The notes under the pieces are model-generated. The model was given only the letters and a program-made list of their open reading frames with translations, was not told the origin of the DNA and ran no database searches. Made by a program: the position numbers and the translations under genes. From Myxococcota bacterium (GTDB lineage: Bacteria; Myxococcota_C; UBA6777), in NCBI GenBank assembly GCA_023150835.1, contig JAKLKB010000011.1, positions 1-64,000 on the forward strand: a DNA stretch of 64,000 nucleotides, given 5' to 3'. Within the stretch, counting starts at the first letter, position 1. The number at the start of each line of letters is the position of its first letter. This document shows, one piece after another, positions 39,388 to 48,496 of this stretch.

Positions 39388-41508
39388 TTAATACGTTGCG
39401 AGCGTCGGGATAGGATTGACACGCGCCGAGGGGTACGCCACGACACCATCTTGATCTTGCAAGCGGATCCGCCCGTCCCCACCATCTCCGCCCTTACCGC
39501 TCGGTGCCGTTCCCTTGCCTTTTCCGCCCGAAGCATCGAGGTAAGCACTCGCTGCAACCGTAATCTGTCCCTTCGCCAAGATCCAGATCATCCCACCCGA
39601 TCCCCCACCGCCGCTTCCCCCTGAAGAAGAATCTCCAAGCAGCCCGTTGCAGGTGGCTCCAGCGCCACCCTCGCCGCCCTGCGCCAAGATCGCCCCGCTG
39701 ATCGTGACATCGCCGACCGTCGACTCGATCTGTACGGCACCACCGCCACCACCGCCCGAACCGCCCGGAGTGAACACTTGGAAAAAGGAGGATCCAGCCA
39801 CACCGCACGATCCGCCGCCTCCACCCGAACCCGCCGTCAGCGTTGTCGCTGAACCAACGATCGCTCCGCCTTTTCCGCTTGCAGCCGCTGGAGTTCCATC
39901 CCCGCCCACAGTCGCATGCCCCCCTCCGCCACCCGAACCTGCACGAACTCCGCCTCCTGTTCCGCCTTTTCCAAAACTCGCCCCTGTTCCATCACCGCCC
40001 GGCGGCTGCCCCCCTCCTGTATTGCAATTGCTGCCCGTCCCCCCTGTCCCACCGGCTCCCGCACCGACTCCGCCTTGTTGCACAAAGTTGTTTGTGCAGT
40101 CTGACGGCTTCCCTTCCCCTCCGTTGAGCGCCAGCGTTCCGATGATCTCCACAGGCCCTTGCACCTTGAGGATCAAGGGCTTGCTACCGATCACCTTCAC
40201 TTGCGCATTTGCGGGGATCGTCAAGCTTGGCAGTTGAAACTGACCGTTTCCTTGCCACCCCACCGAAACGATCCCATCGATCTTTCCGCTGTCTGTGTCG
40301 ATGGTGTTGCGTATCTCAAAGTTCGTCTGACATCCTTCGTCCACGCTACCGTTGCAGTTGTTGTCCTTTTTGTCCCCACAAATGTCCGAGTTTGCAGGTA
40401 AGACTTGTCCGACACACGGTGTCCACGTCCCAGCATCGCAGTTCCGCACACCTGCCTTGCATTCCCCGACCCCTTCCGTTCCCGTGGGCCCGAGATAACA
40501 AGGCCCGCCCAAACCTTGATCAACCATCCCGTCGCAATCATCGTCTTTTCCATTGCAATCTTCCTTCGCAGGCCGCACTTCGCCCTTACATTCGCCCCAT
40601 TGACCCGCCACACAAGCGCGTTTCCCCGCTTTACAGATCCCCACCGATTGCGTCCCTTTTGGGCCGTCATAGCAGTCTTGTTCAAGCCCATTGTCCACAA
40701 GCCCGTCACAGTCGTTGTCTTTGCTATCACAGACTTCTGCGATCGGCTTGACTTCTCCAACACACGCGCTCCATTGGCCCTGTTCGCACTTGCGTACACC
40801 ACCTTTGCATTCACCGCGATCTCGCGTACCATCTGGCCCTGTATAACAGCTTCCCGAGAGATCTTCGTCGATGCTGCCGTCGCAATCGTCATCTTTACCG
40901 TTGCAATCTTCGGCCACAGGTTTGACCTCTCCCTCGCAAGCCCCCCATTTTCCGTCCTTACAGGTCTCCGTTCCCTTGCGACAAGAGCCTTTTTCTTCGT
41001 TCCCACACGCCCGCTTGCTTCCGTCTTTGCACACACAAGGCTGCTCATCCACAGTACCGTTGCAGTTGTCGTCCTTGCCGTTTTCGCAAAGCTCCTCGCT
41101 AGGCAAGGTTCCTCCCTTGCACTCGCCCCACTGACCGCGCTCGCAAAACTGTACGCCGCGCTTGCAGATCCCGACTTCTTGCACCCCACATGGCCGTTGT
41201 TCGCCCTCCAAACAAATACACGGCTTCTCGTCGATATTCCCGTCACAGTTGTCGTCGATGCCGTTATCGCAAACCTCCGAAGCACCGGGAAAGATCCGCT
41301 TGTTGTTGTCGTTGCAATCTCGCTTGCTTGAAAAACCGTCTTTGTCTTTGTCGTCGATCACGCACTTCCCTTCGATGCAGCTTTTTGACGACTCACATTC
41401 GCTGTCGCCAGAACACTCAAACTGCCGCACCACCGTATCCCCTTGACAGCCTGCAAACCAAACCAACACACACCCCAACACACCCCAGATCACCCAATTT
41501 CTTCTCAT
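39388..41508 (-). CDS. Lipoprotein with Cys-rich putative metal-binding (MopE-related) repeats and a Gly-rich C-terminal domain
   Basis: FAGC lipobox; repeated EVCDNGIDDNCDGNIDE and EDCNGKDDDCDG. Confidence 0.88.
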   Translation of the reverse strand: MRRNWVIWGVLGCVLVWFAGCQGDTVVRQFECSGDSECESSKSCIEGKCVIDDKDKDGFSSKRDCNDNNKRIFPGASEVCDNGIDDNCDGNIDEKPCICLEGEQRPCGVQEVGICKRGVQFCERGQWGECKGGTLPSEELCENGKDDNCNGTVDEQPCVCKDGSKRACGNEEKGSCRKGTETCKDGKWGACEGEVKPVAEDCNGKDDDCDGSIDEDLSGSCYTGPDGTRDRGECKGGVRKCEQGQWSACVGEVKPIAEVCDSKDNDCDGLVDNGLEQDCYDGPKGTQSVGICKAGKRACVAGQWGECKGEVRPAKEDCNGKDDDCDGMVDQGLGGPCYLGPTGTEGVGECKAGVRNCDAGTWTPCVGQVLPANSDICGDKKDNNCNGSVDEGCQTNFEIRNTIDTDSGKIDGIVSVGWQGNGQFQLPSLTIPANAQVKVIGSKPLILKVQGPVEIIGTLALNGGEGKPSDCTNNFVQQGGVGAGAGGTGGTGSNCNTGGGQPPGGDGTGASFGKGGTGGGVRAGSGGGGGHATVGGDGTPAAASGKGGAIVGSATTLTAGSGGGGGSCGVAGSSFFQVFTPGGSGGGGGGAVQIESTVGDVTISGAILAQGGEGGAGATCNGLLGDSSSGGSGGGGSGGMIWILAKGQITVAASAYLDASGGKGKGTAPSGKGGDGGDGRIRLQDQDGVVAYPSARVNPIPTLATY

Positions 41509-41798
41509 CTCACCACCATCCTATCCGCGAAACAGGTTGCATACACGGCCTTTTTTGCAGCGTACGCGCCAACCTAGCCGCCCGTCAAGTTGCTTTTTCA
41601 ACCCCACCCCACCCCCCCTCGTTCCGCCTTGTGCCCTCTCCTCACGTCTGCGCGGCTTGTTCACTCGTCCATTCCTCGCACTCCACCGCTCGCCATTCCG
41701 TCTTGTGCCCTCTCCTCCTCTTTTCTCGGCCAACGCTTTGATGTACCACAACGTAGGCTGCTCGTTTTTGCGCAAGTCACCCCGCAACGAGGTTTTTC

Positions 41799-43436
41799 AT
41801 GTTCATCCCGATCTCTTCGGAGATTCGACGCGAAGGCGTTCCTTATGTCTCTCTTGGGATCGTCCTGTTGTGTTTCGTCATCTTCGTCTTTGAATGGATC
41901 AGCGCCACCCTTGTCTCACGCCACGCTCTCCACCCATTCGGCGTATACCATACTTTGTTCTACGACTACGCACTCGATTCAAAAAGGCTTTTAACCACAA
42001 AACCTTTTACACTCGACGGGTGGAAAGCCTATTTTACGCTTTTTTCGCATGGCTTTTTGCATGGTGGATGGTTCCATCTGTTCTTTAATATGCTGTTTCT
42101 GTTTGGTTTTGCCTCCCGACTCGAAAAGCGCCTTGGGCATCTTGTCTTTGCGCTGTTTTATCTCGCCACGCTCGTGATGTGTGGCTTTTTGGTGGCCGTC
42201 TATCACGAACATATCATCCAACATCGGACTATACTTATCGGAGCCTCGGGGGCTGTTTCCGCAGTCATGGGCGCTTTTCTGGTTAAATTTCCTCACGAAC
42301 GCATCCATACAGTTGTTTGGATCATTGTGCGTATTTGGGTCATGCGATTGTCCGCTTGGTTCTTGGTCGGCTTTTTTATCCTCAGCAACCTGATCAATTT
42401 TTTACGCGCTTCGCCCAACGGAAGCCAGATATCGTTTGTCGCCCACCTGCTCGGCTTTGCCTCGGGAATCCTGTTGATCTGGGCCTTTACTGGCTTTGGC
42501 ATCGAAAGCCAAGCCAGCCCACGCAAAGGCAAGTGGAATGAAGGCTATCGTTCCTTTAAAGCCGTTCTGTCCGACGAATTGCGCATGATCTTGGTTGTCT
42601 TTGTTGGCGTTCCTCTTCTCACATTTGCAACCGTGTTCTTACTCACTTACTGGATTCATTCTCCCTACCATCGGCTGCTATGGCGGCATGGCGACAGCTT
42701 TTCCACCCGCTCTCGCTTAACCTACATCTTGATCCTTGACTATCTGCCGCTTGTTTTGTTGGGCCTTGCTCTGTTTGGAGCCCTTGTGTTTGCGTGGTGG
42801 AAACATCGGACCCTTCGCCGCGCCCTTTCGGATCAACAACACTGCCTTTGGTGTCAGTCCTCCAACCTTCAACTCAAAGACGACGAGATCGGCTATACTT
42901 GCCGCCAATGCGGTTTTGACAGCGATATCGAACAGATCCCTGCCCACCAACAAACCTTTCGGATGTTGCGAGAAGCCCAGATCACCTTACAATTCCTCCA
43001 AGAAGCCCAGCAGCGCGTCACGCTCGATCAAACCCAAAGCGCGATGTTCGCCCTTGATGATGAACGCCTCAAAGAAACTTTTGGCGCTTGGGGCGAAGCC
43101 TACGAGGTTTTCCGAGACTTTCTCCAACGCCATGAGGCTGCCCTTCATGCCCTTTTGCCCCGCCCCCCCGAAGAAAACGAGATCCACCCAACTCCCGCCC
43201 ATCCACAACGCCCTCCTTCTCCTCAAGATATCTTCTCACGAATCATGCGAAAAGGACTTCAAGCAGACGCTTCCATGCTCGACGGAGCAGACGGATATCT
43301 CCGCGAACAAAAAAAGCTCCTTGCTGACGCCATCGGCCTGATCGATCACATCCAGCAAATTCTCCGACAACAACTTTCACCTTTTCTACAACAACCTGCG
43401 CCACTTTCTGAGTCTCCCCCACCCAAAGACCCCTAA
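41799..43436 (+). CDS. Rhomboid protease with C-terminal extension (extra TMs, Zn ribbon, helical domain)
   Basis: HGGWFHLFFNM, GASG, AHLLG; CLWC...CRQC. Confidence 0.88.
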   Translation: MFIPISSEIRREGVPYVSLGIVLLCFVIFVFEWISATLVSRHALHPFGVYHTLFYDYALDSKRLLTTKPFTLDGWKAYFTLFSHGFLHGGWFHLFFNMLFLFGFASRLEKRLGHLVFALFYLATLVMCGFLVAVYHEHIIQHRTILIGASGAVSAVMGAFLVKFPHERIHTVVWIIVRIWVMRLSAWFLVGFFILSNLINFLRASPNGSQISFVAHLLGFASGILLIWAFTGFGIESQASPRKGKWNEGYRSFKAVLSDELRMILVVFVGVPLLTFATVFLLTYWIHSPYHRLLWRHGDSFSTRSRLTYILILDYLPLVLLGLALFGALVFAWWKHRTLRRALSDQQHCLWCQSSNLQLKDDEIGYTCRQCGFDSDIEQIPAHQQTFRMLREAQITLQFLQEAQQRVTLDQTQSAMFALDDERLKETFGAWGEAYEVFRDFLQRHEAALHALLPRPPEENEIHPTPAHPQRPPSPQDIFSRIMRKGLQADASMLDGADGYLREQKKLLADAIGLIDHIQQILRQQLSPFLQQPAPLSESPPPKDP

Positions 43437-43563
43437 ATCGCCCCCAAAGCATCGGTATCACCCAAATCACGCTGATCGGATCGCCCCCGCCCCAAAGAAC
43501 GCCGTCACACGCGATCGGCTTCTATCTTCAAACGCTCCCCTTCCTCCGCCCCAAAAGATGCCA

Positions 43564-44676
43564 TCACACAGGTACTCGGCCCGTTTTGACTTGCACCACA
43601 GGCGACATCAGAAGCATCACATAGCTGATCACCAATCCTGCCGCAAATCCCCCGACATGCGCCATCCACGCAACGCTTGCTTTGCCGGGCTCCGAGAAAA
43701 ATCCCCACATCACAAGCTGAAAACCGACCCAAAAGAGCAAGTAGTACAACGCTTTGACGGGGAAACGCACAAGAAACAAGATCACCCATATCTTGACGTT
43801 GGGAAACAGCAGAACATACGCCCCCATCACACCCGCGATCGCTCCAGAAGCACCGATCAACGGGATCTTCGGATCAGGAGCCAAAAAGACATGCAACAAC
43901 GCCCCCACCAGCCCCGCAACAACATACAGCGCCACAAAACGGCTTTTCCCCAAGGCGTCTTCTACGTTGTCTCCAAAAACAGCCAAAAAGTATAAGTTCC
44001 CAAACAGATGCCAGAACCCCGCGTGTAAGAACATATGCGTAAACAACCCCAGATAGCCTTGACCGTCTTTGACTAACTGAGGCGTACAAGCAAACTGTCG
44101 CAAAAACTCCTTGACGTTTTGCGGTTCCGAAACAATCACATACATCTCCCACCCAAACGCCACCAAGATCGCAAGCACCAACGCATACAACACCAGCGGA
44201 TGCCGCTTGGTCGGATGGTATCCTTCAACTGGCAATTGCGTCAAAAGCTGGAACAAATAACTCCACAGCGTCGGCTGGTGCTTTTCATCGTCCTGATCGT
44301 CGCTGGCTCCTGCCACAACACGGGCTTTTTGTTGATTGCTCTGCATGATCCGAAACAGCTTGCGGCCTTCTTTGTCATCGAACCACACGCCGCGACAAGT
44401 CGGACAATGGTCCAGTTGCACCCCCTCTGTTTCAGAAGCCAGCACATAGGCACGCATGGTTGTCGCATCATGCGGGCAAGTCAACTTGTCAGGTCCCAGA
44501 TCCGTCACGCTTGGATCGCGCAGCCACGCATCGGGTTCAGCGTGCGGCCCCAAAAGCTCACCTGCTTCATGGGGTTCCAAAAAAACGCCCCCACACCGAC
44601 GGCATTGATCGATCTCCAACGGCTTGCGCGGATGACGAATCACGGTCAAAGGATATGTACAACGCGGACACTGCAT
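43564..44676 (-). CDS. Rhomboid protease with two N-terminal zf-TFIIB-like zinc ribbons
   Basis: CPRC...IDQCRRCGGVFLE; CPHD...LDHCPTCRGVWFD; HLFGN, GASG, AHVGG; GAGGAG RBS. Confidence 0.9.
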   Translation of the reverse strand: MQCPRCTYPLTVIRHPRKPLEIDQCRRCGGVFLEPHEAGELLGPHAEPDAWLRDPSVTDLGPDKLTCPHDATTMRAYVLASETEGVQLDHCPTCRGVWFDDKEGRKLFRIMQSNQQKARVVAGASDDQDDEKHQPTLWSYLFQLLTQLPVEGYHPTKRHPLVLYALVLAILVAFGWEMYVIVSEPQNVKEFLRQFACTPQLVKDGQGYLGLFTHMFLHAGFWHLFGNLYFLAVFGDNVEDALGKSRFVALYVVAGLVGALLHVFLAPDPKIPLIGASGAIAGVMGAYVLLFPNVKIWVILFLVRFPVKALYYLLFWVGFQLVMWGFFSEPGKASVAWMAHVGGFAAGLVISYVMLLMSPVVQVKTGRVPV

Positions 44677-44789
44677 CGCCTTCACTCCTCTCTTTTTGGG
44701 TTGCTTCGACGCGCTCAAAGCATCTCACAAACACCACAACAAACGCAAAGCCTTTTTCCTAACGGACCTGACGCATTTGAACGGTGTTG

Positions 44790-44850
44790 TGGAGTTCCAC
44801 CCCACGCCCCGCCATAGACTGTCGCCCCTTGACCCCTTGTCGGCGAAGAG
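44790..44850. repeat. Dispersed REP-like repeat, family A
   Basis: ccatagactgtcgccccttgaccccttgtcggcgaagag. Confidence 0.65.
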
Positions 44851-45120
44851 ATCGTTGGCTTTTCAAACGAATGGCTCTGTCTCTTGAAACGTCGAGAACA
44901 CAGGGTTTTGAAGCGTGAAACTACCGAGGATCATCTTACGAAGCCTGAGGCTCCCGTTGGTCTTTGTCCGTACTTTCAACACTTTCAACACTTCCGTGGT
45001 TTCTGTGGTTTCCGTGGACCCTTCTTGACATCCCACGCAAAACGCACCAACCTGCACACAGCCTGTAATATCGCTTCAACACTTGTCTCAAAGGCCAGCA
45101 CCAAGCAAAGGAGTTCCATC

Positions 45121-45861
45121 ATGATCCGCTTCTCCGTTTTTCTCGCATCCATCGCCTTCCTTGGATGGCTCCCCCCTACAACATCACACGCTCAAAGAAC
45201 AAACAACCGCAGCACCACAAACAACCGCAGCACCACAAACAACCGCAGCACCACAAACAGCCGCAGCACCACAAACAACCGTAGCGCCACAAACAACCGT
45301 AGCGCCACAAACAACCGCAGCGCCACGAACAACCGCAACACCTACCGCCCGACTTACCGAGCGAACACGTATCGTCCGACGTATCGTCCGACGTATCGCC
45401 CGACTTACCGAGCGAACACGTATCGTCCGACGTATCGCCCGACGTATCGCCCGACGTATCGTCCGACGTATCGTCCGACGTATCGTCCGACGTATCGCCG
45501 CCCTACCTACAATGCGTATCGCCGCCCAACGTACAACAACAGCTACAACCGTTTCCGCCAAAACAACAACTGGCATCATCAACGCGCCCGACAACAACAG
45601 TTCCGCCGCGCATTTAACAACCGCGTGACGGATCGCCAGCGCAACCAGTATTACTCCAACCAACGCTACAACGCTTATCGTCGAAACACTTACAACCGTC
45701 CTACTTACAACCGTCCCACTTACAACCGTCCCACTTACAACACCTATCGCCGCCCAACATACAACACCTATCGTGCGCCTGCTTATCGCGCACCTGCCTA
45801 TCGTGCGCCTGCCTATCGTGCGCCTGCTTATCGCCCATCTTACAGCACCTATCGCCGCTAA
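45121..45861 (+). CDS. Secreted low-complexity Asn/Arg/Thr/Tyr repeat protein
   Basis: AGGAG RBS; signal peptide ending SHA; TNNRS[TA], YRPT, YNRPT and YRAPA repeats. Confidence 0.75.
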   Translation: MIRFSVFLASIAFLGWLPPTTSHAQRTNNRSTTNNRSTTNNRSTTNSRSTTNNRSATNNRSATNNRSATNNRNTYRPTYRANTYRPTYRPTYRPTYRANTYRPTYRPTYRPTYRPTYRPTYRPTYRRPTYNAYRRPTYNNSYNRFRQNNNWHHQRARQQQFRRAFNNRVTDRQRNQYYSNQRYNAYRRNTYNRPTYNRPTYNRPTYNTYRRPTYNTYRAPAYRAPAYRAPAYRAPAYRPSYSTYRR

Positions 45862-45897
45862 TCGAACCGCTCTCGCCCACCCATAGCCCCACGCCAA

Positions 45898-48390
45898 TTA
45901 ATCCTTCAAAACATACAGATGCCCCATGCTGTAGACGCCATCTCCTGCGAGGGGGCGTAGCACCACGCGATCAAAGCCTTTCTTGCGTGCGGAAGCGGGG
46001 ACGTGGAAGTGATACACTTGGAAACCGCCCGAGGGATTGGGTTCGCTAAACAACACGCCGCGTCCGACTTCTTCTCCACCTAACACAAACGAAATGGCTA
46101 AATCGTCGTTGCCATCGGAGGAAAGGTGAAGCCTTGGCGAGTGAGAAGGCTTCGGCAGTTGGATCTCCAACGCTCTGTACCCTCCCCAATCACCCAAGAT
46201 CAGGTTTCCTTTGGCATTCCAAGCCGTTCCTGCCCCCCGATGGACCGAGACTTTTTGCAGTGTGGTTTTCAAGGCGTGACGCCACGCGACCAAGTGGCTG
46301 AGATATGCTTGCTTCGAGGGTTTGGCTGGAAAGATCTTGATCGCGTCGAGGCCCGAATCAAGGAGCTTTTTGGGGATGCGCCCTCGGTAGACATACAAGC
46401 CTTCGGAGAAAGCACCGGGCGCAAAAAAGTATTCTTGACCGACGATCTTTGCGTCGCGCAAAAAGGCGATGCGGTAGGCCAAACCACGCGAGACCCCCAC
46501 AGAAAGACCGCCTTCGTAGAGTTTGGCGCTCGGCTGTTGGAGTTTGATCCCGATGCCATCCATCGACAGCCACAAAAACGCCATCCCTCGGACATCTTGA
46601 CCGTCTCGCTGCATCCACCCCATCTCTCGCTCATGGTACAGGTGATAAACGCGCTCGCGATAACGCTCTAACCACCGACGATATCGCCCTGTGTGAAGTC
46701 CCCAAATTGCAGCCCACCGCTTCTTTGAAAACAGCGGACCTCGCGTCACCCGCTGGATCTTTTCATAATAACGCCGAAGATCGGGGTCTTTTAGTGTGTC
46801 AGCCCCGATCACGGCCTGATGGTAATCCTGCGGAACAAGCCGATAGTAGTGGCCCACCCGCCAAGGCTCGTTCGGCAATCGACGCATCGGAAGGCGCGCA
46901 AGCAACGGGTCACACAAGGCAAACCGATCGACGATATGGACCCCCGGCCCTGCGGCCACACCATACATCCCCACAGCCCCTTTCTCGATGACTTTGAGAC
47001 CACGCGCCCGATCGCGCTCGCCTTCACGCCACCAATCATGCGAGGGCATCCGTTTGTTCACACTTGTATGCACAAGGCCCGTCGTTGCGAAGTAATAGGT
47101 GCGCTCATCTCCTACGCCAGAGGTCGTCTCCCACCCCTTCCAAGCCCGATCTGTCCGATGGACGGGGTTTTCTCCGTATGCGTGCAGCAACACCATCAAC
47201 CCCGCAACAGGCAGCAGATGCGAAAACAAATGCAGCCGCTCCCGCAACGCCACAACGACGACCACCACCACCATCGCGCTCAAGAACCGTCCCGCCATAA
47301 AATCCCCACCGATACGCACCACATACACCGCATAACACAATACACCCAACCCCACAAAGCCCACGTATCGACGTTTTACGGACACAAGCCGCACCAACAT
47401 CAAGGCACATCCGCCCACAAGGCACACAAACGTCAACGGATCTCGCGCCAACGTGTAGAGATAATAATACAAACCCTGCAACCACATCTCCCCAACAGGA
47501 ATCGATGCCGAGAGTTTGGCGTACGCTGTATTCGGAACCAACGATCCGTAATAGATCAAAGAAAAAGCTTCCCACGCAAGCAACGGCAGTGCGGCCAAAA
47601 ACAACACGCCCAGCAAACGAACGTTCCATCGTGTATGCCAAAGCACATACAACAGCGGAAAGCCGAACAGAAGGGCATGATCAGCGCGGTTCAAGGCCCC
47701 CAAACACGCGATACCAACCAACACACCGACACGAAAAGGCGAAAAGATCGTGGACGGCTCCGAAGATTGGACAGGACGCAAGTCTTCGACCCAACGAAAA
47801 AACAACAGCAAAAACACCACCAACAACAGATGCGCCAGCGGATTTTCCAGCCCCGATGTCGCAAAGTCCACATACGCCCGCGAAAAACCAAGCACCAACG
47901 CCCCAAGCAAGATGTGCCATGTCGAGCGTGCGCCGTAGTAAAACAGCAGCCCAAGCATCACGACATCCAACACCAACGAAAGCAACATCACCGAGGTATA
48001 AAATTCTCCACACAGCGCATACAAACCCGCGACAAGAAACATCCACAGCGGATGGGTGTAGCTTTGCACACGCTCCAACGGATTCCAACGCAGCCCGTAT
48101 CCGCGAAACCAGTTGTCGATCGTGCGAAACGTGATAAACGCATCATCACTCGACCAAGCGTTGATAACCACCCAGATCATCACAAACGCCATCGCAAGGA
48201 AGGCCAACCAAAGCTTCTTTGCGCCGCGCTCTGGTTTGGGAGATCCGGGATAAAACAAAGAAACGGGCCGCTTTTCTTCGGCGAAAACAGCCGCATCTTC
48301 CGAGATCTTTTCCGATGCCTGTCCTTTTGGCACGTCACCTTCCAAAGAAGAGCGGGTTGTTTTTTGTTTTTTCGCTTTTTTTCCCACCAT
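45898..48390 (-). CDS. GT-C fold membrane glycosyltransferase (AftB-like), paralog 1
   Basis: SDDAFITFR...NPLERVQSYTHPLW, SGLENPL, PNTAYAK, GGDFMAGRF, DPLLARLP; many TMs; periplasmic C-terminal domains. Confidence 0.82.
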   Translation of the reverse strand: MVGKKAKKQKTTRSSLEGDVPKGQASEKISEDAAVFAEEKRPVSLFYPGSPKPERGAKKLWLAFLAMAFVMIWVVINAWSSDDAFITFRTIDNWFRGYGLRWNPLERVQSYTHPLWMFLVAGLYALCGEFYTSVMLLSLVLDVVMLGLLFYYGARSTWHILLGALVLGFSRAYVDFATSGLENPLAHLLLVVFLLLFFRWVEDLRPVQSSEPSTIFSPFRVGVLVGIACLGALNRADHALLFGFPLLYVLWHTRWNVRLLGVLFLAALPLLAWEAFSLIYYGSLVPNTAYAKLSASIPVGEMWLQGLYYYLYTLARDPLTFVCLVGGCALMLVRLVSVKRRYVGFVGLGVLCYAVYVVRIGGDFMAGRFLSAMVVVVVVVALRERLHLFSHLLPVAGLMVLLHAYGENPVHRTDRAWKGWETTSGVGDERTYYFATTGLVHTSVNKRMPSHDWWREGERDRARGLKVIEKGAVGMYGVAAGPGVHIVDRFALCDPLLARLPMRRLPNEPWRVGHYYRLVPQDYHQAVIGADTLKDPDLRRYYEKIQRVTRGPLFSKKRWAAIWGLHTGRYRRWLERYRERVYHLYHEREMGWMQRDGQDVRGMAFLWLSMDGIGIKLQQPSAKLYEGGLSVGVSRGLAYRIAFLRDAKIVGQEYFFAPGAFSEGLYVYRGRIPKKLLDSGLDAIKIFPAKPSKQAYLSHLVAWRHALKTTLQKVSVHRGAGTAWNAKGNLILGDWGGYRALEIQLPKPSHSPRLHLSSDGNDDLAISFVLGGEEVGRGVLFSEPNPSGGFQVYHFHVPASARKKGFDRVVLRPLAGDGVYSMGHLYVLKD

Positions 48391-48401
48391 TGACCTCGAT
48401 C

Positions 48402-48496
48402 GCTACCGTGTTTGAGAGTCCTCTTGTCCGAACAAGACGGCTACCGTGTTTGCGAGTCTTCTTGTCCGAACAAGACGGCTACCGTGTTTGCGAGTG
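48402..48496. repeat. 38-nt x2.5 tandem repeat between the GT-C paralogs
   Basis: Unit gctaccgtgtttgcgagtcttcttgtccgaacaagacg with internal hairpin tcttgt-ccga-acaaga. Confidence 0.85.

Noticed and set aside
48402..48496. 38-nt repeats as a CRISPR array
   Set aside because: Copies abut with no unique spacers and resemble the adjacent gene end.
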